A stretch of 64,000 bases of DNA, taken from NCBI GenBank assembly GCA_964106915.2, contig OZ066925.1. One strand, written 5' to 3'. Positions 36,701-47,214 of the stretch are shown here, piece after piece. The DNA is from Podarcis gaigeae (taxonomy: Eukaryota). The notes below the pieces were generated by a model. That model had not been told where the DNA came from and did not search any database. It worked only from the letters and a program-made list of their open reading frames with translations. The position numbers and the translations under genes are program-made. How positions within the stretch are numbered: the first letter of the stretch is position 1; each line of letters opens with the position of its first letter.

Positions 36701-38042
36701 TATTATCAGAGCCTGGTGTGAGTTTTTTATGTCACTAGGTTTTTTTGGGGGGGTGTTGGGTTTTTGGGTCCCCCTTAAATAATTTTATCTTTTTCGTTTA
36801 CGTACTAGGACAGCTGCGCTGCATCACATCTATTATCTTTTAAAGTTTGTCCAAATTTCATGCATCCTTATCAGAGAAATGGGGACGAGTGCAAAATATA
36901 TATATTTAAGCATTGAAAACTATTCTTAGAAAAGTCTAGGCTATTTCTGGGAGGATACGGTCAGGCTATATTTCAGACACTTGGAAGTGTTTTGTATTTT
37001 AAAGTAATTTGCCCTCCCCCCCCCTCTTCTTGGAATGTTGATAGTTTTAAATCAACATTTTGTCTTGAAATGGCTCAGGAAGGGGCACTTGCAGCGCCTT
37101 TTAGCAGGGAGAATTTCAACAAGCTGCTAAATCAACACAACAAGCCTTTGTAGGCTTGTAATTTATGCCTGCCGTTTAAAAGGTAGTAAACTAAACTAAT
37201 TGTACTTCAGCCTCATAAAAGCAGGTAATTCTAGCAGGAAATTCAAGCAGCTCTACATATCCCTTGGTCTTCTAACGCTGGCTAATAAAAAAAAATCATA
37301 TGGTGGCGTTTTAAGCGTTTTCATCGATTTTAAGAACTGAAACGAGAGAAGAGTGCAAGGCACCTCTATCAGGATTAAGAGCAGTTTTCAATGAATAGAT
37401 GCCACCAATGAATATATTTCGTTTGCCTTCAGTTGGGTGTAAACAAGGCCACCTAGAGAAAATTTTAAATTTCACTACAACAGCAGGTAAAGCAGATACA
37501 ATATTACTAATTCCTAGTAGTAGCTGCTAGCAGCCATAGGGAATACTCAGGTATTTTAAGTTGCAAAGGTGACTTTTGTTCTCATGTTCTAAACAATCTA
37601 AAGCCATCCGGAACAGCAAACAACAAGCAGGCTATCATAAATGCAGAGCTGCTCTGAATCACGAACCTATCCTGAGAGAGCTGGATTTTATAAGCAAAAT
37701 GCATTTTCATTAAAGACTTCATTGGCTTCTCTAGGTCTTTCCAGCCGGTGCGCAACCCTCCCTGTTCTGAATGGCTCTCAAAGAATTGCTCTTACTTAGG
37801 CTCTATGTATTTCTTTGTTTGACAAGACGTGCATTCACCGACGACGAAAGATGAATTGGCGCAGTGCAGAAAATTCCAACCGATTTAGCTATTTATCAAA
37901 CCCGAAGCTCACAGTAACCTTTGTAACAAGCGCTAGCAAACCGAATCCTCTTCTCTGCAATATGAAACTATTTTAAACAATTGGACAACAGATTCCTTTC
38001 TTTTTCTCCCCCCCCCCCTCTTTCCACCCACAGGGCTCTTAC

Positions 38043-38127
38043 CTCCTCGCGTTTCCAACCACCACCGGGCAGAATTGTTTCCAGATTGTAGGTGTCTTTA
38101 AACCGTATTTTCCGGTGCACCGGAGTG
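38043..38127 (-). other. Candidate non-coding 5'UTR exon of long HOXA3 transcripts (85 nt)
   Basis: Flanked by acceptor TCTTTATTTGCAG| and donor GAG|GTAAGA on the Hox strand. Mammalian HOXA3 has distal non-coding exons in this interval. Confidence 0.5.
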
Positions 38128-40983
38128 CTGCAAATAAAGAACAAGCAATAGCTAAATAAGAGAACTATAGGGGATGAGCATTATTTTCGAGACAAGACGT
38201 GAGTCAGCTGCTGAGTTGTTTTAGCAGATCCTCGGTGGGTATATAATCATTAAAAGGACGCTGTTGAGTTGCGTATTTTTTTCTTTTAGAAAAAAAAACA
38301 CACGTAAAAATATTGCCTTTTGCAATCGTGTATGAAATTGAAAGATAAGCTCCTTTCTTATGAAGACAACTATTCTCCCTGTGAATATCTTATAATTCCT
38401 CTTTTATGAAATGTAAGCTTCATATTCCTCTGGGAAGCCTTTGTTTAGCATCATTTAATCAAGTAAGGACATTAAATACAACTGGCCACGTTCATCTCTG
38501 TTTAATGGCATAAGAATGTGACTCTCTCCTTTAAATGCAAGGCACACGTCGGTCCAAACTAGGCGCACACTTGAATCTGTGGGCCTGATCTGCCGTCCCT
38601 GAACTGTCTCCCATTGGCTGCAATTGACTTAAAAATCAGACTAGGGACAATAGCAATAAAAATAGTGTTGAAACGGGGGAAACAGACGTGTGTTGTGGGT
38701 TTAAATGGCTGTTCTTTGGTCCGTTGGCAGAAAAGTAGCCTGAAGATAAGGATACTGACTTTCTCAAAGCAATAATAATTTTATTTAAATATATTTATTA
38801 ATCATTTATAATAATAATTAGATGTTCGCCCCGCTTTCCGCAATCCACTGACAGGCCACCCCTCCCCCCTTTAAATGTCCCGCTGGGTTCTCCTTCGCCT
38901 GGCTAGCAAAAGTGACTGCTAATAATTGCTTAGTGTTGTTTCTTGGAATAATGTCATCGAAGGCTTGAAAAAAAAGTTTTAAATCTCATCTTGGGAGAAC
39001 TTGGCATGATAGAATTTGCTTTTGGTAATTGGATCGTTTGGTAATGACTATTATAATTTTAGATTTGGTGCTAAGCAGGCATCTAGCAGGACAAAAGAAA
39101 GGAGCAGCTCTGAATCGCTTACTGGGGTTTTTATTGCACTCCCACATTAGTAAGATGCTTCGATTTCTGGAACTGCCCGTGGATTTTGCCAGACAGCTGC
39201 TTATATACCAAGGAGTATTTAAGGGTATAATAATATTTCTTGCTCGCTCTCTATCCTACCATTCTCTATTCTGGGAAACTCCTTTGGTGTTTAACGTTCA
39301 AACTACTTCCTAAACAGCCCATCGCGTGGCAAACTGTAATACAATCGAAAGCAGTAGCATTCAGAACCACTTAATGTGCTTACTATTAAATCAGCATCGT
39401 GCTACTCAATAGCTTTTGGTGGTATATTTGGGGACGATTAAACTACATGTTATGATATATTAGAGACCTCTTGGGGTGAGGGGGGGCTGCTCCTTTAGGC
39501 AGCTTTAAAGTTAGAAAGTAGCAATGGAGCACTTAACAAAACGCCATGAGTTAAGGGGGGGGGACCTTATCACAAAACTCTGCTATTAATTGCGGTGCTT
39601 TAAACTGGGTACTAAATCGCGCTGCTTAATGATGAGTCATAGAGAAATGTGTCCATGACTTCTGTTGTCGTCCCCCCCCCTCGCCTCGCCTGCCTCTATT
39701 CCCTTCCTCACAATGCTTGCTGCTGCTGCTGCTGCCGCCGCTGCCGCCGCCTCTCCGGTTTCCCTTCTTGGCCCTGCTCTGCGAGCCGGTGATTTATGAA
39801 CGCCTGGCAAATTGGGGGGGGGGGACACACAAAAAAGCCAGGACTCCCGCACTGTGGCAACTTTCCACAGTGTGTGAATTAGTACTCGAACGTTATCAAA
39901 TCGCCCCGCCTCGCTTTAGGTTTAATCACCAAAAAGGCATAATGCGACCACAAGGCAGCTTCGCAACAAAGATGGAACATTTCGTAAATCTTCCCGTCGC
40001 TTAAGTCAAGGCTCCCCAATCAAAAAGGAAGGCAAGTGCAAACAATGAAAGGCAATCCAGGCACACGACCGGCCTGCGCATACTTACCGACCTCATTCCC
40101 CTTATTGCTCGCTTAAGGAGTTTAAGGAGCCTTGCAAAAGATAAACCAGGTAGGCATGCTTTTTGGGGTCTTTTTGTTTTTATATATTAAAAAAAAGAAA
40201 GTCAAAGAGGAAGTTCCCTTTCACTTCGGAAAGAATCACTCCTACTAGTGAGAACTGACCGTCACAGATCCATTCGTGAAGATCTGCATTAATTATTTAA
40301 TGTCACGTGACATCCCATCCTTTCTCTCTCTCTCACCCCCAACCCTCCCCTCCCCAACCCGGCCAGATTAAAATTTCAATACCCGAGAAGAACAGACACA
40401 ACACCTTTATCTACCCTCGCAGTGCTTCTCTATTGCTTATTTAGGCCTCATCATCTCGCCGGTTTTTGACAGCTTTTCAGTTTCTGGGGAGATCATTTGG
40501 GCATTAATAACGCGGGGCTTGTCAGGCCCAGGCAGAATGAAGCGGCCGAGCCCCCGAATCAGTCATTTGAATTCGACTTTTTATTGTCAGTGGCAGCAGG
40601 TTGGGGCAGCAGACATGATTTGGAACCCACGCCTTTCATCACAAGAGGGACCGCCTGATAAAAAGTCCTGGCGATAGGGATGTCAGGCAGGCGAGTCGCT
40701 AAGAGAACCGCCACGGCGTGGGCCATAACCCTATTTAGTCAATATTCCCTTTGAACTGGTCGGGTGGGGTGACAACTTGATTCTTCTGAGGTCAGCAGGA
40801 GTGTTGCCACCCAGTCCTGGGAGACAAAGGTGTTTCACACCTTGGCCAGTTCCAGAAAGGAAGCGAGGCAGGCGGAACCTCGACTGGATGAGATGCAGTG
40901 AGGACTGGCGGGCACTTAAGGCGCGGTGGGTTTAATCTAGAACGAGCTAGTTGCACTTAGGGCCTACTGGTTTCAGGCATTAG

Positions 40984-41075
40984 CAGAGCAATCCTGGCCA
41001 CGTCTACTCAGAAGCAAGCCCCATTGCATGCAAGGAGGGTGGCTTCCAGGTAAGTGGGGTTAGACTTGCAGGCTT
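40984..41075. mobile_element. ~90-bp palindromic MITE-like repeat, family B
   Basis: GCAATCCT..GTCTACTCAGAAGCAAGCCCCATTG..CTTCCAGGTAAGTG..TAGACTTGCAGGC. Confidence 0.65.
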
Positions 41076-41186
41076 AATGTGTGACTTGTCGCATCGATTT
41101 CAATGGCATCCAAGTGCAGGTACCTTAGGTTGGATTCAACCCAGATTTCAACGCTCCTAACTTACAGTTGCCTGAGCATCATATAA

Positions 41187-41316
41187 TTAAAGCACATCCC
41201 CGCTTCCCCCAAGAATCCTTGGAACCATAATTTGTCAAAGGTGCTGGGAACTGTAGTTTTCTGGAGGGGTAAACGACAACATTCAGGATTCTTGAAGGGG
41301 GTAATATGTGCTTTAA
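41187..41316. mobile_element. Palindromic MITE-like repeat, family A (second copy at ~2597-2746)
   Basis: 11-bp inverted ends TTAAAGCACAT / ATGTGCTTTAA around the core AAGAATCCT..TGGGAACTGTAG..AGGATTCTT. The same core occurs at 2647-2718. Confidence 0.7.
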
Positions 41317-42570
41317 AACGGGGGGGGACTACTGCTTATTATTCATGAAACAGGGAAAAGCACCAATGAGCTCAAATGGGGTCAAAGTATGAAGTTAAGA
41401 GAACTTGGCGGCCTAATCCTCCTGGGCCGCAGCATGGCCAAAGGAGTGAGTAAATTAAACTGCTCTGGAGGGAGCTGGCAATTAGCAGAACTGCAAAGCT
41501 AACATTTCCCTCAAAGCAGGACAAGAACAATATCTTTACACCTACTCCTCCTTCTCAACCTAGCCAAGCCTGCGCGTCAGATATTGTCTCTGCCCGGAGA
41601 GTAGCACTTCTGTCTTAGGTGTCCATCTGTCTCTCTTGTAATGGAAGTGTAGGGAAAAGACACTACTTTCTCTTTCTGAAACTTTCTCTTTCTGTCTGTC
41701 TTTTTTTTTTTTTAATGTCTCTTCTCCGCATACTATAAATCACATCCAAAACCTCGCAGTTCTTGTTTATTGGTCTTCCCGGTCGGTTCACGCTGAGGTT
41801 GCCGGGTGAAATGGTGTCACCAAGATATTGATCTGTATATTTCTGTAGTGAACAAGCTAAGCAAACCGAGGGGCACTTCTCTTAAAAGGAAGGGGGGGGG
41901 CAGAGTTTCAAGCTAGTTCTGTAGCATTTGTTGGGCATGAAAGACTTGGACCAGGAGTGTTGGAGCTTGTAGAATCGTCTGGAGGCCTGCGGCGATCATT
42001 TCACACGCTCAAAGTTAGCAAATATGAGCCTGAAGTTTGAAGATGGGTTGTGTGTATTGGCGGCGGGCGGGGGGGGGGAGGAGAGAGAGAGACGAAACGG
42101 TCCTTCGCAATCCTCTAACCCTACACAGCACCACGTACACACACACCCTTCTGCTTACAAAATTGGGGAAAATCTAGACAGCATGAGATGGAAACCAGCC
42201 AAATTCCACCAGTCTGGGCCTTCCTCCCTTCTCGTTCCCTTATATACGCAAACCCATCTCGTCCTGGAGCTGCTGCAACCCAAAATGGCCAGTCCCTTCT
42301 CCAGGAATCCACGTGGCAATCCCTCTTCAGCATTGGATAGTGGCCATGGGTGAATCCCAAAGGCAGCAATAAAATAAAAACGCAAACAAACAAACCTGCG
42401 CCGTGCATGCCACATCTCTGAGTGGGAGGAAAAGGCAAGCAGCGCAATTCTAGCCCTCCTCCCTTTACGCCCGACTGTTTCAAGGACTGGCATTTGCATA
42501 TACTCTGTCTGAAACATGAAGGCGCTTCCACCTTTAGGATCCAGAGCAGCTTTCTTTGGCAACGTGCAAT

Positions 42571-42572
<2 letters not shown>

Positions 42573-42621
<49 letters not shown>
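42573..42621. repeat. (GT)n microsatellite, ~120 bp from the HOXA4 3' RARE
   Basis: Directly visible. Confidence 0.9.
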
Positions 42622-42625
<4 letters not shown>

Positions 42626-42741
42626 AGGGCAAGAGGAGCAGATTTAGGTCCAGCAGCTAGAAAGAATCCTGCCTTTAAAGGTCAAGGGTTTGATGGGTCA
42701 GTCTGCTTCTCTTAAAAAAACAATTAATGGGATAGAAAATT

Positions 42742-42758
42742 TGTCCTTTCGGTGAACT
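42742..42758 (-). promoter_or_regulatory. HOXA4 3' DR5 RARE (neural enhancer)
   Basis: AGTTCA ccgaa AGGACA, about 2.9 kb 3' of the HOXA4 stop. It matches the PG4 3' RARE pattern AGTTCA-n5-AGGACA. Confidence 0.8.
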
Positions 42759-44854
42759 CTCCCCATTGCCCTCGCACAAACCAGGACAATGGTCGGGTGT
42801 AGTTTTCGAACTTATTGTTACATCGATTATGGCAGCCAAGCTAAAAAAAATCAAAAAAAATCTACACCTACACATCACAGTGAAGCGCACTGCGTTTTCA
42901 AGGGGAAAGGCATAAAAAAAAAACAACAACCCCAAAAATCAAATAAAAACATTACCTTGAATGATGGTGATCTGCCATGTGCATTTTCCAGTCTTCGTTC
43001 GGTTCTCCACCCAGAAAGTATACATGGCACAGCCAAGCGACTGTGTCTTTCTACATGAACCCATTTTCCCCAGGAAAATCCTTCGTGTCTTCTCAGACCT
43101 TTTTCCAAGAGAATGCCTTTCAGAATCGCTGTTGAATTACAAAGAAGTATTTATTGTAGGAGGTGATTAATGATTCCTAGTAAAATTGCTATTTTCAGCG
43201 TGATTTCATTTCGGGCTCTCCCCCCCCCCCCCACAATGGAGAAAGAGGGGGAGGGAAAGGGGGTTGCTCCAAGCGTAAGACTACGGAAGTCAGGGAAGAT
43301 CCGCAATCATACTTCAATACTAATCATTGATTTAACAGTTTGGGACACTCCTCTTGATTTTCGAGCGTCAGTGAATTTAGCAGAAGAGAATTCTCCAGGG
43401 CAGACCAAACAAAGACTTTAGACAAAAAGAGGTCCATGTTAACAGGGAGGAGAGGGGGCGATATTGTTTTCCAGCCTATTCTCTTTTATTTCTTAACAAC
43501 AAACAAACATGCGGGACAGGGCACTTCAAGGATATAGTAAATAAGAAAGGAAGTCCTTTGGGGTGGTTCAGTTCGACGCACACTTCCAGATCATTCACAG
43601 CAATGTTTACTTCTCTTTTGCACGGCAAGTGAGACCATAACTTTTCAAATGGCGGTGTCACCCTTCCCAGCCCAATGGACGAAGGATACATTTAAACTAT
43701 CTGCTTATGCTTCCACGGCAGTTCTGTCTGAGCTGTCTACAGGCTTTTGGACTCAATGAGCCATTTAAGTCTCCAATATAAACCAGCATCGGATTATAGT
43801 TCTGGATATCAGAAAAGGCCCAGAACTGTATTCCACTCTCCAGGAGGAGATCGAAGAATTGCTACTTATAAGAGTGCAACTCTAGTCACACTTACCTGGA
43901 AATAAGCCTCACTGTGCAACAGTGGGACTTGCCTCGGAGTAAACATCAATGGGGGTGTAGAGTTAAATTAGCAAACTTTCACCTGTACTTATTGCATGGG
44001 TTGGTTAAGCTGTTTAGAAGACCCCCCCCCCAATGAAACTCCATGTCAAGGGCATCATCTGGCTTTACCATAATGTTTTGGGTGTGCGGTTTTAACGCTT
44101 CCGGTTTGTTTCCCTGCCAAAGAGCGGTGGGCCATTGCAACTTGACCCTCTTCCCCCCTGTGGAAAGTTGCTGCGGCTGGAATAAACCAAGAGGTCACTA
44201 CTGATGCTGCAATATGTTTAAGCAGTGATAGTGCAGTGTTACTCTTACTGCTATTATTCCCTTCATTCTACTGGATTAGCCCCGTTTCTCTTCACGCAAG
44301 GCGGGAAAGAGCTATATTTCCCCAATGGTGTAGGCAGAGGACACATGTCATGAATGAGAATTTGGGGGGATGGACGCCTTTCTTGTTCTACACACAGTGG
44401 ACTGTATCCTGTAGAAGGAGTGGCTAAGCCGAAGCGCCTCCTTAGGGAAATGGGCAGACTGCGCAGGACGATCCACAACTCACTTAAAACTGGCTACTTG
44501 GATGGCAGCCTATTCAGCCCATCTACAACGACACCCCCCGGCAACCTGTTTCAATGGGAATTACTCCTAACTCTCTGGTTTCCATAGGAGCTTTGGTCTA
44601 TGGTCCTATGTGGAAGCCAGCATCATCTGAAACGATGTGACTTCCTGACACATAAAGTGGTTAGGGTGTTTGGGAAGGAGAAACGTTACTCCTTAATAAA
44701 ACTAATTCGACTATAATGCAGGTACTCGGCCTCTCCTAAGGAATGGGTTGAACAGCATGTACACATGACATCCTCGAGAGTTTTCATGTTTATGTCAATA
44801 AAGTCACATTCTAGGCAAATGCACGCTTCTCACGGTGTGTCTAGTGCCTTAAGT

Positions 44855-44860
44855 TTTATT
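44855..44860 (-). terminator. HOXA4 polyadenylation signal
   Basis: TGTACAAAAATAAAACT, with further AATAAA copies just upstream in the transcript. Confidence 0.5.
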
Positions 44861-45661
44861 TTTGTACAGAGAGGTGTGGTTTTGTTTTATTTTATTTTAT
44901 TACCAGCACTGGACATTATATATACATCACACATTCACAAATGTGTACACATAGATTTCACAAACTGTACACGGACATTTGACTATGGCAAAACACGAAG
45001 ACAGAAACAGCCTTTATAGCAATATTGGTGTACTTTTCTTTTTCTTTCTTTTTTTATAAAAAAAGTAACAAATGCACCGTCGGGGGAGGATAATGTATCA
45101 CGACTACAGCAGAGACTACACTTTTTTGTTCTTATTACACAGAAAACATACTTTCTTGGTCGGTAAGGGCTGGAGAGTGCTGGGGTCTCTGGGCATCGTC
45201 CCCACTCCAACTTCCAAAATACTTCCACGTCAAAAGATGGCTTTGCTTCTGTCTGTAATTGAGAGTCCACGAATGTTCCACGAAATAAGACAAAGTCTAT
45301 GATTTACACACACATGTCACAAAGTCACTGATTAACATATGTTGACACCTTAAAACATATCTGCAAAGGGTCCTTCTTAGGTACAGGATCCATCCTCAAC
45401 TCTTTAATGATGCTGCAGGTGGACCGTATTTCCATAAATAAATTAAAAAAAACGAAACATGGTGGGAATGGAAAGGTCATATTTACAGAAGGTGAACACT
45501 TTGTCCAAGGTGTTTGGTTTTGGTTTTTGGTTTAAACACACGTGCCCTGTGACTGGTTCTTGTTCTGCATTTATGCCCCTTAATATAGTCCCTATGGCAA
45601 ATTAAATCAGGCAGGAGCGGGACGTGTGATGGGTTAGGGTGTCCCTGCGTCTGTCGGGCCA

Positions 45662-45996
45662 TCAGAGCGCTGCTGAGTTTGGGGTCGCCCTACCCCTGGG
45701 CGGTGGTGTCTGATGGTGCTGTGCTGACGCTTTGGCTTGCTGGCTAAGACTGGAGGGGTTGGAGGAGCGCATCTTGGTGTTGGGCAGCTTGTGGTCCTTC
45801 TTCCACTTCATCCTCCTGTTCTGAAACCAAATCTTGACCTGGCGCTCGGAGAGGCAGAGCGTGTGCGCGATCTCGATGCGTCGCCTCCTGGTCAGGTAGC
45901 GATTAAAATGGAACTCCTTCTCCAGCTCCAGGACTTGCTGTCTGGTGTAGGCAGTTCGAGACCTTTTGGGCTCGCCTCCAGTGTAATTGGGGTTGA
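45662..45996 (-). CDS. HOXA4: Homeobox protein Hox-A4, coding exon 2 (homeodomain)
   Basis: Acceptor CTCAG|TC gives [80 protein letters not shown], then TGA at 45662-45664. Confidence 0.96.
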
Positions 45997-46252
45997 CTGA
46001 GCGTACACAGGCGCACACGCACACACACACACACACACACACGCACGGACACAAAGGAGAAGAAGGCAACGGAACATTATCATTATTATATAATAACTCG
46101 ACACTGGGTTTAGATTAGCCACAGAAGCGGGGAAGAAAATGGTTCACAGGCTCGTGACAATAGGAAACAATTGGGGAGCCATAAAAAATGGTGACGGGCA
46201 TTTGGGTTCAAGAAAAGCTTCAAAGAGACGTGGCCCAGAGCCACAGGCAGGG

Positions 46253-46320
46253 CGATTAAATTTATGGGGACTATAATTACTGCCCTAACAGTTTGGCGTC
46301 TCGTAAATCTCTTGATAAAG
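46253..46320. promoter_or_regulatory. HB-1-type conserved homeodomain-binding element in HOXA4 intron
   Basis: GATTAAATTTATGGGGACTATAATTACTGCCCTAACAGTTTGG..TCGTAAATCTC is a cluster of TAAT/TTTAT/TCGTAAA sites typical of PG4 introns. Confidence 0.65.
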
Positions 46321-46511
46321 GGCCCCGAGTACAAAAGGCTTCTCACGTGTGAGTGCGCGCTTTTTTAAAATTAGGAAATGCGCCAGCACACACACACACG
46401 TATATGCACACAACCTCGGAGTCCAGCCTAGCCCAGCCTCCTCCACCTCGCCACGCACGCAAACACATACAAGCCACCCCGGCTCCCCTTGGAAGAAGGT
46501 GGTCAACTCAC

Positions 46512-47214
46512 CCGTGTTAACGTGGACCTTCTTCATCCAAGGGTACACCACCGGCTCCTTGCCTTTCAGGCCGGGCAGGCTCTTGTCCGGCAAGAGCGGG
46601 CAGGCAGGGATTCCCCCGGGCGCTGTCGCCGCCGCCGCTGCTTCGCAATGGCGCTGGTGGGGCTGAGGCGGTGGCGGGACGTGGCCTTGGAGCAAGGGCT
46701 GGCTCGGGGCATGGTGGCCCTTCCGCGCGGGAGTCTGTGGAGCAGGCGGTGGCGGGGGCGGCGGAGGAGGAGGCAGGGGCGGCGGCGGAGGAGGCGGTGG
46801 CGGCGAGGCTCCGGGAGGCGGCTGCTCCTGGCCCGGAGTGGCGCTGAGGCTGCTGTAGCCATAAGGCGACTCCGGGTAGTGGTGGGGTGGTTGCGCGGGG
46901 TACAGCGCCTCGGGAGGAGGAGGCGGAGGAGGCGGCGGCGGCGGCGCTGGCGGCTGGTATCCGGGCTCCCTGCTCGGCCGCTGGTAGTAATCGGGGAGAG
47001 GCTGGCCGGGGTGAGCCTGGTGGTGCTGTTGGCGCAGGTGCTGCTGCGGCTGAGGGTGGTGGTGATGGGGCTGCTGATGGTGGGGCTGGTTCTGGTGGTG
47101 GTGGTGGTAGCTGCTCCCGCCGCCGCCGCCGCCGCCGAGCTGCGAATATTCCTCGCAAGGAGGGAATTTGGGCTCGATGTAGTTGGAGTTTATCAAAAAC
47201 GAACTCATGGTCAT
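46512..47214 (-). CDS. HOXA4: Homeobox protein Hox-A4, coding exon 1 (spliced product 345 aa)
   Basis: MTMSSFLINSNYIEPKFPPCEEY...GLKGKEPVVYPWMKKVHVNT. Donor ACGG|GTGAGT (703 nt, phase 1). Confidence 0.96.

Noticed and set aside
41785-41801. DR5-like GGTTCA cgctg AGGTTG on the + strand
   Set aside because: The second half-site has two mismatches at the critical CA, so it is too weak to call without conservation data.
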